64,000 nucleotides of DNA, taken from positions 236,597-300,596 of the forward strand of contig JAIOOX010000002.1 of assembly GCA_021414225.1 (NCBI GenBank). The letters are read 5' to 3'. This DNA comes from Candidatus Vogelbacteria bacterium (GTDB lineage: Bacteria > Patescibacteriota > Minisyncoccia > Phycocordibacterales > XYD1-FULL-46-19). Made by a program: the position numbers and the translations under genes. The notes under the pieces were generated by a model, which was not told the origin of the DNA, did no database searches, and saw only the letters and a list, made by a program, of their open reading frames with translations. Positions 21,030 to 30,286 of the stretch are shown in pieces. How positions within the stretch are numbered: the first letter of the stretch is position 1; each line of letters begins with the position of its first letter.

Positions 21030-21662
21030 ATGTCCAACCCTATCGTTAAATTATCTGAGTTGTTTGTAAAATTTCCCGGCATTGGTCCTCGCCAAGCTCG
21101 GCGGTTTGTTTACTATTTACTCCACCATGACCGTAAAACAGCCGAAGAAATAATCGAAGCGATTCAAGAATTAAAAGCTTCAACTCTTCAATGCTCTGGT
21201 TGTTTTCGTTTCTTCACCAAAAAGAACTACAACCAAGCTGGGGCTTTGTGTGAGATTTGTAGTGACGAAACCGCTGATCATTCCACTTTAATTATTGTTG
21301 AAAAGGATGCTGATTTAGAAAATGTTCGCAAAGCTGGTAGTTATAACGGCTTGTATTTCGTCCTTGGTGGCTTGGTGCCTATTCTAGACAAAAATCCTGA
21401 AGCTCGGATTCGGATAGGCGCTCTCAAAAAAAGAATCGAGACCTTATTAAAAAACAACCAACTAAAAGAGTTGATTTTAGCCCTCAGTGCTAGCGTTGAG
21501 GGTGACAACACCGCTGACTATGTTCATGCGGAATTGCGGGACCTAGCTACTAAAAATAACCTTACTATTTCCACCCTCGGGCGAGGGTTGTCTACCGGCA
21601 CCGAGCTTGAATACTCTGACCCAGACACGATTCGTGAAGCCCTGCGCGGTCGCAGAGTCTAA
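21030..21662 (+). CDS. recR: recombination protein RecR
   Basis: HhH motif (FPGIGPRQARR), a C4 zinc finger (CSGC...CEIC) and a Toprim domain. Confidence 0.9.
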   Translation: MSNPIVKLSELFVKFPGIGPRQARRFVYYLLHHDRKTAEEIIEAIQELKASTLQCSGCFRFFTKKNYNQAGALCEICSDETADHSTLIIVEKDADLENVRKAGSYNGLYFVLGGLVPILDKNPEARIRIGALKKRIETLLKNNQLKELILALSASVEGDNTADYVHAELRDLATKNNLTISTLGRGLSTGTELEYSDPDTIREALRGRRV

Positions 21663-21664
21663 AG

Positions 21665-21697
21665 AAAAAGCCCCGACTTTACTCAGGGCTTTTTCTT
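21665..21697. terminator. bidirectional intrinsic terminator between recR and rplU
   Basis: AAAAAGCCC-cgactttactca-GGGCTTTTT is a hairpin with an A-run on one side and a T-run on the other. Confidence 0.55.
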
Positions 21698-21704
21698 TAT
21701 TTAA

Positions 21705-22013
21705 TTAAACTTTCTTGATACTAACTTTAGTAAAAGGTTGACGGTGACCTTGCTTTTTACGAGCTCGAGTCTTGTTTTTATATTTAACAATCGTGATTTT
21801 CTTAGCTCGGCCTTCAGCGACAAAATCAGCTTCAATAGTTGCCCCAGCGATAGTCGGAGTACCAACAGTAGTCTTCTTACCATCATCCATCAAAAGCACC
21901 TCAGTAAAGGTAATCTTGCCGTTTTCTGGTTGTGGAAGCTTTTCAATAGTAAGAGCCTCCCCTTCTCGGACCACGTATTGTTTGCCCCCGGTTTTAATAA
22001 CTGCAAATGACAT
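21705..22013 (-). CDS. rplU: 50S ribosomal protein L21
   Basis: The N-terminus MSFAVIKTGGKQYVVREGEAL is canonical L21. Confidence 0.9.
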   Translation of the reverse strand: MSFAVIKTGGKQYVVREGEALTIEKLPQPENGKITFTEVLLMDDGKKTTVGTPTIAGATIEADFVAEGRAKKITIVKYKNKTRARKKQGHRQPFTKVSIKKV

Positions 22014-22055
22014 AATTCCAGTATCCTACCAGAAAAACCCTTTCAAGGCAAGGGA

Positions 22056-23132
22056 TTAATCCTCAATTTGGGGCTTATCAAGCACAATTGGCTCTATTTC
22101 ACCCCCTACCCCTGTCACCCGCAACACATCCTTATCCACCTTCTTAAACTCCTTATAAGCCGTATTATAGTGGCTCACAGTTGTCCCTAAAGCATTCCCT
22201 AGCTTCTTTAAATACTCATCATAGGCCCCAATATGCTTCCCCAGGTCTTCGACTCGCTTCCGGATCTCGACCGCCTGTTCTTCTATCTGGAGGGCTTTTA
22301 GGCCTTGTAGGACGGTCTGTAGATATGCCAAGAAGGAAGTTGGCGAGACAATGATCACGTGTTTTTCTTTAAAAGCATATTCCACCAAATCGCGAGTATT
22401 AACCTTGACCGCCCCCACTTGGGTGACCAGTAAATCATAATAAACCGCTTCGTGAGGAATAAACATGAAAGCAAAGTCCATTGTTTTCTCGTTGGGCTTC
22501 ACATATTTAGCCGTCTCATCAATTCGGTTTTTTAAATCAGTCTTAAATAACTTTTCCAGTCGCTCTCGCTCTAGTGGATCTCGTTCTTCAGCTAACCGGT
22601 TATAATTTTCAAGTGAAAATTTGGAATCAACTGGAATTATTTTATCTTTCACAAACACAACCGCATCCACAATCGTCCCATCAGAAAATGGATACTGCAT
22701 TTGGTAACTACCAGTCGGTAAGACATTTTTTAACAAGGTTTCCAAATAATATTCCCCAATCACTCCACGCTGTTTCGGATTTTTGAAAATATCCTGCATG
22801 TTTTGGAGTTGATCTGCAAAGCCGATCATTTGTTTACCGGTCTCCTCTACTCTGGTCACCTTCTCGGTCATTTTAGTGATCTCCCCCAAAAATTGATTAA
22901 CTAGTTTTTGCGACTCGCCAAATTGCCCCTGCATCGAAGTTTGGATCATGGTCGAAGAATCAGACAATTTTTGATCAACCGTTCTAATCAAATCCTGAAG
23001 TTGATTTTGTAATAAAAGCATGGATTGATCCGCCACCTGACTTCCCTCTTTGGTTTTATTCAACAACAACCAGACCACCACCGCGCCACCCACCACACCA
23101 ACAATAACTCCTAAAGTAATATATAAAATCAT
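22056..23132 (-). CDS. rmuC: DNA recombination protein RmuC
   Basis: An N-terminal TM helix and coiled coil are followed by a RmuC nuclease-like C-terminal domain (VSPTSFLAYLQTVLQGLKALQIEEQ). Confidence 0.8.
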   Translation of the reverse strand: MILYITLGVIVGVVGGAVVVWLLLNKTKEGSQVADQSMLLLQNQLQDLIRTVDQKLSDSSTMIQTSMQGQFGESQKLVNQFLGEITKMTEKVTRVEETGKQMIGFADQLQNMQDIFKNPKQRGVIGEYYLETLLKNVLPTGSYQMQYPFSDGTIVDAVVFVKDKIIPVDSKFSLENYNRLAEERDPLERERLEKLFKTDLKNRIDETAKYVKPNEKTMDFAFMFIPHEAVYYDLLVTQVGAVKVNTRDLVEYAFKEKHVIIVSPTSFLAYLQTVLQGLKALQIEEQAVEIRKRVEDLGKHIGAYDEYLKKLGNALGTTVSHYNTAYKEFKKVDKDVLRVTGVGGEIEPIVLDKPQIED

Positions 23133-23171
23133 GCCAATATCATAACAATAAGCTCCAGTTTAACCAAGATA

Positions 23172-23212
23172 AAAAAAACGGCCGGTCTCGCATTGGAGAC
23201 CAGCCGGTCTAG
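23172..23212 (-). terminator. intrinsic terminator of GC-rich gene 23245-23793
   Basis: On the minus strand, the hairpin CCGGCTGGTCTC-caatgc-GAGACCGGCCG is followed by TTTTTTTT (plus strand aaaaaaaa at 23171-23178). Coordinates are approximate (±2). Confidence 0.55.
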
Positions 23213-23244
23213 ACTACACACAAACAATAGTCAGAGAAAACACC

Positions 23245-23793
23245 TCATAGACACCGAGGGGCGCCTTGATTACGCCGACGACGCCGCGGTTTTGGCGCTT
23301 TTTCTTCCTTAGGTTTCTTCGCCTGACCCCACGGGTAATTCCGCTTATCAGGATTAGAAACCCAAGCAATCACATCAGACAAGAGCTGATTAGCACAGGT
23401 TTTCACCCGAGCCTCTGGCAGAAGATTGCCAATCGCCACAATCCAAGTGTTCCTCGTAGCCCAATCGGGCACCTCCTCCTTTGGTCGGCCATTCCGACGC
23501 CAGGTGAAAGATCTATCCGCCCTTTTAGACTCGTAAACCGCGATCTGGGTGTGGCCAGCAAAACCATTCGCCAGCCCAGATCGAGCATCACCCTCGGACT
23601 CAAACATGGCAACTTCGACTGTCACCTGGTCAGCCAAACCAGACTCCTGGTCATCACGCTCCACCTTACGGGCGATAATCTGATTAAGAACTAACGGCAC
23701 ATTTAAGCCACCACCCCCAACCACGGCAAAAAATAAGACCTTCTTCGACATACCATTCAACCTCCTTAACAAAGACCTAATCAACCCAGACAA
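23245..23793 (-). CDS. hypothetical protein, GC-rich (foreign-looking) gene
   Basis: A 182-aa ORF whose likely start is the internal Met (MSKKVLFFAVVGGGGL...). Local GC is about 55% against about 36% in the flanks. There is a Rossmann-like N-terminal strand-Gly-rich loop and a basic KPKEEKAPKPRRRRR tail. It has its own terminator. Confidence 0.4.
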   Translation of the reverse strand: MSGLIRSLLRRLNGMSKKVLFFAVVGGGGLNVPLVLNQIIARKVERDDQESGLADQVTVEVAMFESEGDARSGLANGFAGHTQIAVYESKRADRSFTWRRNGRPKEEVPDWATRNTWIVAIGNLLPEARVKTCANQLLSDVIAWVSNPDKRNYPWGQAKKPKEEKAPKPRRRRRNQGAPRCL

Positions 23794-24082
23794 TTCTAAA
23801 CTTTGTGTTCAGATGCTGGTATGAGTTCGCCGTCACCATTCTCATATCAGCACCCCAACCAAAAACCTCCCTTGTGGGGAGGCCTGTGCTTGTCTTGATC
23901 TTAAATTATTTTCCTTAAAAATTAGATGAAGTTTTGTACATAGGTATCCCCAATGATTGGCCAAATAGGTGGCGCAAAGTAAAATAGCAAACCTTTGTGA
24001 AGGTTTGTCGTGTGCCAGTCAAAATTTGGGAACCTGTATTACTCATAATTTTAGTGTAACTATTATAAAAAACTTGTCAAAT

Positions 24083-24120
24083 ATAAAAAGAAAGGGCCGT
24101 CCAAACGAATCGGACGGCCC
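24083..24120 (-). terminator. intrinsic terminator of RlpA-like gene
   Basis: GGGCCGTCC-attcgttt-GGACGGCCC followed (minus strand) by a T-rich run (TTTCTTTTTATATTT). Confidence 0.6.
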
Positions 24121-24145
24121 ACATGAGTAACGGTATTGTTGAAGC

Positions 24146-24532
24146 CTAATCGGGTTGAAGGACAACCCTAGACTCCAAACTGGTCACACCCTTGTCTTTA
24201 AAGCCGAGCTTTTCAGCTCCAGCTTCCGACAAGTCAAATGTTCGGCCGCGAGCAAACGGGCCCCGATCTCTAACTTCAACCGTCAAAGTCTGACCGGTTT
24301 CGGGGTTGGTCAGCTCTACGAGCGTCCCAAATGGAAGCTCTTTATGGGCAACTGTCGTTGGATCGCGCTTATCAAAGCGCTCCCCGTTGGCCATAGGGCT
24401 ACCATGTAACTCCTCACCATACCAACTCACCACCACCATCTTGGCCTTTGATTGAGAATCAATTATTGTCTGATCCGAAGAAGCCGGACCTCCGACAAAA
24501 CCAATCCACATCACTAGGAAGAAACTACTCAC
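24146..24532 (-). CDS. RlpA-like double-psi beta-barrel (DPBB) domain lipoprotein, GC-rich gene
   Basis: A signal/TM N-terminus is followed by the DPBB signature VVSWYGEELHGSPMANGERFD...TVAHKELPFGTLVELTNPETGQTLTVEVRDRGPFARGRTFDLSEAGAEKLG. GC is elevated. A near-consensus promoter (TTGACA-17-TAGAAT) lies at about 24656-24684 on the minus strand. Confidence 0.65.
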   Translation of the reverse strand: MSSFFLVMWIGFVGGPASSDQTIIDSQSKAKMVVVSWYGEELHGSPMANGERFDKRDPTTVAHKELPFGTLVELTNPETGQTLTVEVRDRGPFARGRTFDLSEAGAEKLGFKDKGVTSLESRVVLQPD

Positions 24533-24655
24533 GACAAAACACTCCTCAAGACAATCGAGTCGACTATCTTATTTGTTTTTTAACCTGATGAAAAGTTGCG
24601 CGAGACAGTCCGCGACTCTTTTTCTAAGGTCAAATAGGTACTAAGGTCCACTAGT

Positions 24656-24684
24656 ATTCTATAACTAAGTATATCTTTTGTCAA
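24656..24684 (-). promoter_or_regulatory. near-consensus sigma70 promoter for the RlpA-like gene
   Basis: On the minus strand, TTGACA is followed by a 17-nt spacer and TAGAAT, about 120 nt upstream of the start codon. Confidence 0.45.
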
Positions 24685-24743
24685 ATAACAAGAAACCGCC
24701 CTCCAACGGTTCCTTGACGGTTCGTTTGGTTTGAGCGGTTAGT

Positions 24744-25148
24744 TTAGTGCTGAGGAAGTCCGGACTGCCGGACCTCTTCCATAAGGAGATCTTTCGTATT
24801 CCTCGACACGAGCTGCTCGATAACAGCTCGGCCAAGCAGGCCCTCAGCGGCATCAACGGAATCAACCATGATGTCCAGCCGACGGCCACAGCGGCCGTAG
24901 AAATATCCGTAAGTACGGCCGCCCTCCTCCCGCTTTTCAGCCAAGCGGAAAGTATGGTGACCGACATTGGGGGGATTTTCATCCCAAACCATCTGGTCAA
25001 CCAGACGGTTACCCGGCGTGCAACTTGGCGTCGCCAGACGGGGGTCAATCCCTCCAGAGACAAGAACAATATTGTTTCCAACAACGAGAACAATCACGGT
25101 AAACACCCTCCTATCTTGATTCAATACAACAGGATAACTATAGCCCAA
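24744..25148 (-). CDS. hypothetical protein, GC-rich gene (TTG start)
   Basis: The minus-strand frame reads ...VIVLVVGNNIVLVSGGIDP...GHHTFRLAEKREEGGRTYGYF.... The start appears to be TTG, preceded by a GGAGGGGG Shine-Dalgarno and a TTGACT-16-TATAAT promoter. Two alternative overlapping frames (24665-25093 minus, 24747-25214 plus) look less protein-like. Confidence 0.35.
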   Translation of the reverse strand: MGYSYPVVLNQDRRVFTVIVLVVGNNIVLVSGGIDPRLATPSCTPGNRLVDQMVWDENPPNVGHHTFRLAEKREEGGRTYGYFYGRCGRRLDIMVDSVDAAEGLLGRAVIEQLVSRNTKDLLMEEVRQSGLPQH

Positions 25149-25172
25149 TGCTATAGACCCCCTCCACTCTGT

Positions 25173-25200
25173 ATTATAACATTTTATATATTAAAGTCAA
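25173..25200 (-). promoter_or_regulatory. consensus sigma70 promoter for gene 24744-25148
   Basis: On the minus strand, TTGACT is followed by a 16-nt spacer and TATAAT, immediately upstream of the GGAGGGGG RBS and the TTG start. Confidence 0.45.
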
Positions 25201-25236
25201 TAAGTTTGCCCTAATACCCTTTAGCCCGGGCATTTT

Positions 25237-26136
25237 TTACTTCTGAAACTCGCCTACCATATGAACACCTTGTTTGAGTCGGCCGTTGAGACGAAGACCT
25301 AGGTTATAGCTTGTTTGTAAATTTAAACCATACTCCGAGATTAATTTAGTCCAATCTTCCCAAGTCCGGTACTGGCCCGTCCACTGCATGTGTGGATTGT
25401 GGACATTAATTAGCCAGTCGTTAGCAATAATAAATTCCCACCGCTCGGCCGGAGTTAGATCATAAAATCGTCTCGTTAGATCAGCATCTGTTTGCAAACC
25501 AAAATTAGTCACAATATTAGGAATAGTGGAATAATCAAAATCCTTAGTAAATGTTTCTTCCATCAAAACTAACTTCCCACCTGGTTTTAATAAACCACGA
25601 CAAATATTTAACGTATTCCGAATAACTTCTTCATTAGGAAAATGATGAAAGGTATGTTGAATCAAGATCACATCAACGGATCCTGGAGGTATAGGAAACG
25701 AAGTGGCGTCTGGCTCAACCTGATAATATTCTCCCCTATCTGGAAACATGAAATCGCCGTTTTGCGGAATAATATCTACTCCAATAAATTTCACCGCCTC
25801 ATACCGGCGAGCATAGTAGTTAATTGCCGCTAATCGATTGGCTCCGATATCCAAAAAAGTTTCTACACCGTCTAATTTAATTAGGCTAAATTCCTCATTC
25901 TCAGTCACTTTAACTTTAATATCATCCTTTATCTGTAACAACAATTTGGCACATTCTTTCCGTAACACATCAGTATCAATAACCCCCTTTCCTTTCCAGG
26001 CTGTCATCACAAATTCTTCCGCCTGGTCTTTGGGAATCCCCGCCCAAGTGTAGTTAGTCACAAAGAAATCTGCCAGCAGTTTCGTCACAGCTGGACTTTG
26101 CCAAATTTCAAAAGGGTGTTTGTTGAGTATATTCAT
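25237..26136 (-). CDS. class I SAM-dependent methyltransferase-like protein
   Basis: Rossmann-fold MTase blocks (FLDIGANRLAAINYYARRYEAVKFIGVDI; VDVILIQHTFHHF; GLLKPGGKLVLME). It is the first gene of a three-gene minus-strand operon with the P-loop kinase and the HAD hydrolase. Confidence 0.6.
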   Translation of the reverse strand: MNILNKHPFEIWQSPAVTKLLADFFVTNYTWAGIPKDQAEEFVMTAWKGKGVIDTDVLRKECAKLLLQIKDDIKVKVTENEEFSLIKLDGVETFLDIGANRLAAINYYARRYEAVKFIGVDIIPQNGDFMFPDRGEYYQVEPDATSFPIPPGSVDVILIQHTFHHFPNEEVIRNTLNICRGLLKPGGKLVLMEETFTKDFDYSTIPNIVTNFGLQTDADLTRRFYDLTPAERWEFIIANDWLINVHNPHMQWTGQYRTWEDWTKLISEYGLNLQTSYNLGLRLNGRLKQGVHMVGEFQK

Positions 26137-26141
26137 ACCCC

Positions 26142-26747
26142 TTACAAATCCATCTTTTTTATCAGCTTAATAATATCTTCCTTATTTTCAAAATCCATCT
26201 CACTCCGATCAAGGGTAATCAGAGTTGTGGTCGACGGAACAAGATCAAAAACTCTTTCATACTTCTCTTGTAGTGGGACGATAATATCTTTATAAAAGTT
26301 GCCCGTATCAAAATCCCTACCACCCAACTCTATAAATTTTCTAGTTCCTGCTTCATTATTTTTTAAATACAAAATAATATCAGGCCATTGAAGACTTTTT
26401 AAATCTATCTGAGCCATTTCTTGAGCTACACTCTTGTCATAACCTTCCAGTAAGACATCAACATACATTTGGTAATCAATCCAAAATGTATCAAGTAAGA
26501 TTCCTGATTTAGATTCCTGTAGGTCTATTGCTTCTAGAAAATGGTCAATTTGCTTGTTACGAAACCATAAAATCCTTCGTAAGGAATTTTGATTATTTTT
26601 TATATCGTTCTCTATAAAATCTGGGAAAACATCCCCCTGGCCTTCTAAAAATGGGTAGAAATCTAAAGTCTCAGCCAGCTTGTTTACTAAAAATGACTTT
26701 CCACTACGAGGGGCCCCGATGACGGCAACAATCTTACCCTTACTCAT
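26142..26747 (-). CDS. P-loop NTPase, putative (deoxy)nucleoside/nucleotide kinase
   Basis: Walker A IVAVIGAPRSGKSFLVNKL. The size (201 aa) and layout fit the dNK/NMP-kinase fold. Confidence 0.5.
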   Translation of the reverse strand: MSKGKIVAVIGAPRSGKSFLVNKLAETLDFYPFLEGQGDVFPDFIENDIKNNQNSLRRILWFRNKQIDHFLEAIDLQESKSGILLDTFWIDYQMYVDVLLEGYDKSVAQEMAQIDLKSLQWPDIILYLKNNEAGTRKFIELGGRDFDTGNFYKDIIVPLQEKYERVFDLVPSTTTLITLDRSEMDFENKEDIIKLIKKMDL

Positions 26748-27663
26748 GTTCTTCTTCTTGACGTAATTCTTTACTATATGAACGCAAATCTAGTACACCT
26801 TCTAAGTCCTCAACAATATAATCAGGTAGATACATTCCTAATCTTTTATATTCATTGTCTCCTCGAGCTACCGCTATTGTCTTGACCCCTTCAACTCTCT
26901 TGGCATCTTTAATATCACTCGGCAAATCGCCAATCATTACTGTTTTTTCCCGGGTTTCTCCTTTATCCGCAATAATCTGTATCATTCCCGATTTATCATG
27001 ACAGTCTGCATGTATCTCATCAAAATCTTCAGCAATATTCTCTTTCGCTAAAACCTCTTTAATATACTTCTCCGACCCAGCTGAGATTATGTGGATTTTC
27101 AGATTTGGATTATTCTGTTTCGCTTCTTTAAGTTTATTCAAAACATCCTTAACTTCTGGATACAGAGCAGCTGGAGTATGGTGTTCATTATTTACTTGAG
27201 TTTGAACTTCCCGATAGGTATCCTTAAAGTCTGTTAACTCTTCTGGCGTATTTAACGATATACCAAAACGCTTATAGTAATCTTGGAAAGGAGCTTGATA
27301 AGAGTTGGCGATATCCTCAACGCTCGTTGGTGTTGGTATATTTTTATCTGCTTTCTTGTCCAATGTAAGCTCTAAAGCTCGATAAACTGAATATGTACTG
27401 TCATACAAAACGCCGTCAAAATCAAAAATTATATCATTAAAAAGTGTCGTGATTGATCCCTCACGTTCTTGGTGTTCGGAAAAAGATTCTACAGTATCTC
27501 GATATGTAATAGCGTCCTGATAGTCTAAAGGTTGGGTCACCCCTACTGCTCTTTGTTTATCCATAATTGACAGGAGATACAAAAAGTCTTCACGATCTTT
27601 TCGATCTTCTTCTGTTAATTCTGATTGAATTTCATTATCTAATCTTTCCATTTTGTATATCAA
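26740..27663 (-). CDS. HAD-superfamily hydrolase (phosphatase) with ~100-aa N-terminal extension
   Basis: HAD motif I IIFDFDGVLYDS, motif III K (HIISAGSEK) and motif IV MIGDLPSDIKDA. Confidence 0.7.
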   Translation of the reverse strand: MIYKMERLDNEIQSELTEEDRKDREDFLYLLSIMDKQRAVGVTQPLDYQDAITYRDTVESFSEHQEREGSITTLFNDIIFDFDGVLYDSTYSVYRALELTLDKKADKNIPTPTSVEDIANSYQAPFQDYYKRFGISLNTPEELTDFKDTYREVQTQVNNEHHTPAALYPEVKDVLNKLKEAKQNNPNLKIHIISAGSEKYIKEVLAKENIAEDFDEIHADCHDKSGMIQIIADKGETREKTVMIGDLPSDIKDAKRVEGVKTIAVARGDNEYKRLGMYLPDYIVEDLEGVLDLRSYSKELRQEEEHE

Positions 27664-27718
27664 AATACTACCAGGTTACAGCTAAAAATGACAGTCTGAG
27701 GGCAAGGCTCCCTATATA

Positions 27719-28171
27719 CTATATTTGTATTATATACCAAACCAACAAGGCCAGACCACTCCACCAGCCTAGATCAGAAACCACTAAACCAACCATTATT
27801 TTCATCTGCCAACTGTTGGGTAGTAACTCCGCTGATCTACCCTCTTTTTCTCGTTTTAGCAAAAACGGACTAACTATAAAAGACAAAAGCACTCCATTTA
27901 AAATCAATACCACCGCAATCAAAGCATGCAATTGCGGAATTAGTTCACCATAAGATCCGCGATAAAAAATAAACCCGCCAACCACCGCCAAGAAAATACC
28001 CAACCAAATTAATGGTTTGGTCACTTTATGAGTTCTAGTGGTCGCTTCGGTCCAATAAGTAGACTTTCGGCCCAAAAAACCATGCAAATCGATAACTGTG
28101 ACCGCCCCTAAGCCGATAATAAAACCAGCTAATAATGAAAATAGACCAATAAAATCTAAAAGATTAATCAT
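27719..28171 (-). CDS. hypothetical integral membrane protein
   Basis: A 150-aa ORF with 4 predicted TM helices. Confidence 0.4.
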   Translation of the reverse strand: MINLLDFIGLFSLLAGFIIGLGAVTVIDLHGFLGRKSTYWTEATTRTHKVTKPLIWLGIFLAVVGGFIFYRGSYGELIPQLHALIAVVLILNGVLLSFIVSPFLLKREKEGRSAELLPNSWQMKIMVGLVVSDLGWWSGLALLVWYIIQI

Positions 28172-28327
28172 TATTTAATTATAAAATACTTTAGATTATT
28201 AAAACAGTATTTCCTTGTATACCATGATTTTAGTATCCCTGTCGAGCTCTAATAAAAATCAAAAAACAGGGGCGACAGTCCTGTTTTAAAATGGTAGTAT
28301 TTTTAGATTAAAGGAAATAGTTCTCAA

Positions 28328-29356
28328 ATGATGGCGTTCACAAAAATTAATAAAAACTACTTTCGAATTATTTTTGAAGTCCTTATTTTGTGTGCAGGAA
28401 TCACTTTGGGTTTGATTATTAATAAACCAGACGAACCTCAAACAATAGAAAGTGTTCGGGAAACTTCATCAAGTTACAAGTTTATCAATCCCCTCCTGTT
28501 TGTAAAAGTCCCCGAAGATCCAGCTGACTCTGAGTACTCATCACTTAAAAAAATAATCGGCCAGTACGTAGAAAATGTAATTGATCAAAAAAAGGTTAGT
28601 GAAATGTCAGTATATTACCGCAACCTAAACACAAGCCAATGGATCTCCATCAACCCAGAAGAAACTTTCTACCCAGCCAGCATGCTTAAAGTGGCAACTC
28701 TAATTTCTGTTCTTCGAGTGGCCGAATCAGATCCCCACCTTCTTTCTCGCACCGTTAGCTTAAATGGTGATGATAGTTTCCTTAAGGAAGGTCAAACAAA
28801 GTACCAGTCAGAAAACCCAGTAAAAAGCGGTTATTCATACACCATCAAAGAACTAGTTGACCGCCTCGCAATAGACTCAGACAACGCCGCGGACAATGCT
28901 CTTCAAAACATTGTTGGAGAAAATAAAATTTTAAAGACCTATCATGATCTTAAGCTTCCGGAACCAGGACCACGCTCTCAAGGTAATACCTACACCGCCC
29001 GAGAATATTCCCATCTTTGGAGAGCTCTCTATAACGGCACATACCTGTCACGCACTCTTTCAGAACAAGTTTTAGAGCTTCTTAGCCGAACAAAATTTAC
29101 ACAAGGCCTTGTGGCGGGAGTACCAGCTGACATAGTTGTTTCTCACAAATTTGGTGTACGCACTGTCCTGACTGACAACTCTTCAACTTCTCCTTTATAT
29201 CGAGAGCTCCATGATTGCGGTATCGTCTATAATAAAAATGCACCCTATTTTATTTGCGTTATGACTCGCGGAAATGATTTCGACACACTTGAATCAGTCA
29301 TCAAGGATATTTCTAAAATAACCTGGGATCATATTTCAAATCTTAACTCGCAATAA
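28328..29356 (+). CDS. class A beta-lactamase-like serine hydrolase (membrane-anchored)
   Basis: An N-terminal TM, SxxK (PASMLKVAT), SDN (IDSDNAADN) and a KTG-equivalent (SHKFGVRT). Confidence 0.55.
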   Translation: MMAFTKINKNYFRIIFEVLILCAGITLGLIINKPDEPQTIESVRETSSSYKFINPLLFVKVPEDPADSEYSSLKKIIGQYVENVIDQKKVSEMSVYYRNLNTSQWISINPEETFYPASMLKVATLISVLRVAESDPHLLSRTVSLNGDDSFLKEGQTKYQSENPVKSGYSYTIKELVDRLAIDSDNAADNALQNIVGENKILKTYHDLKLPEPGPRSQGNTYTAREYSHLWRALYNGTYLSRTLSEQVLELLSRTKFTQGLVAGVPADIVVSHKFGVRTVLTDNSSTSPLYRELHDCGIVYNKNAPYFICVMTRGNDFDTLESVIKDISKITWDHISNLNSQ

Positions 29357-29396
29357 AAAACACCAAAAAACATAGTCAATAAAATAGGCGGTCAAT

Positions 29397-30161
29397 TTAT
29401 TTTCTAGGCAAAGGAATAAACATACTCGTCTTTTTTTTGTACTCTACAAACTCAGGATTCTCAGCCATCTTTTTCTCTAACATTGGTATGCCAGAAACTT
29501 TTAAAATCAAGGTAGTAATAGTTAGAGGTCCTATTATAGCAAAAGCACCATTTGGGACAGACAACGCGACCAGCCAAATACCCCACCATTGTACCACTTC
29601 CCCAAAATAATTTGGATGGCGTGTGTAAGCCCATAAACCACCTTGCATTAACTTACCCTTGTTTGCTGGGTTTTTAATAAATCGAACCAACTGAGCATCA
29701 CCTACAACTTCAAAATAAAAACCAAGTAACCAGACCAGCACCCCCAAAAAATCCAACACACCTAGGGTTGGTTCTGAATTTTTATTTATCACCAGCACTG
29801 GTAAAACAATCAAGAATAGTAACAGGCCCTGCAAAAGATAAACCTGTAGAAACGAACGTAGATAAAACCACTGACCCCACTCTTTGCGCCACGCCAAATA
29901 GCGATAATCCTCACTCTTTCCCTTATTGCGAGTGTGGATATGCCAAGCGAGGCGCAACCCCCAAATAGTTACTAAGATATTTATTAGAATCTCTCGCGGT
30001 CCAGAATAATCAACAAGAAAAAATGATATCCAACTTATAAGTACAAAACCTAAGCCCCAAGCCACATCAGCCACATCGTTTCTTTTTTTCACTAAAGAAA
30101 CTACGAACCAAAGGCTCATGTAGACAAACAGGATTAGACCAAGGGTTAAATAATAGTTCAT
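29397..30161 (-). CDS. DUF1295 / steroid 5-alpha-reductase-ICMT-like membrane protein
   Basis: A polytopic protein with C-terminal NPANKGKLMQGGLWAYTRHPNYFGEVVQWWG, typical of the DUF1295/ICMT/PEMT superfamily. Confidence 0.6.
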   Translation of the reverse strand: MNYYLTLGLILFVYMSLWFVVSLVKKRNDVADVAWGLGFVLISWISFFLVDYSGPREILINILVTIWGLRLAWHIHTRNKGKSEDYRYLAWRKEWGQWFYLRSFLQVYLLQGLLLFLIVLPVLVINKNSEPTLGVLDFLGVLVWLLGFYFEVVGDAQLVRFIKNPANKGKLMQGGLWAYTRHPNYFGEVVQWWGIWLVALSVPNGAFAIIGPLTITTLILKVSGIPMLEKKMAENPEFVEYKKKTSMFIPLPRK

Positions 30162-30286
30162 TGTTCAATCTTACTAGGGACCAAAGTAGGCACTAGTTGA
30201 AACCGAGTCTATAGTAATAAACACCGGTAAGGCTATTGCCAGTAGTATACAAAAGCCTAACTGATAATTATGTAATTATAGCACAA

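Noticed and set aside
24665-25214. Alternative overlapping ORFs 24665-25093 (minus) and 24747-25214 (plus)
   Set aside because: The minus frame 24744-25148 is the one preceded by a consensus promoter and a strong SD. The others have composition-driven open frames without signals.
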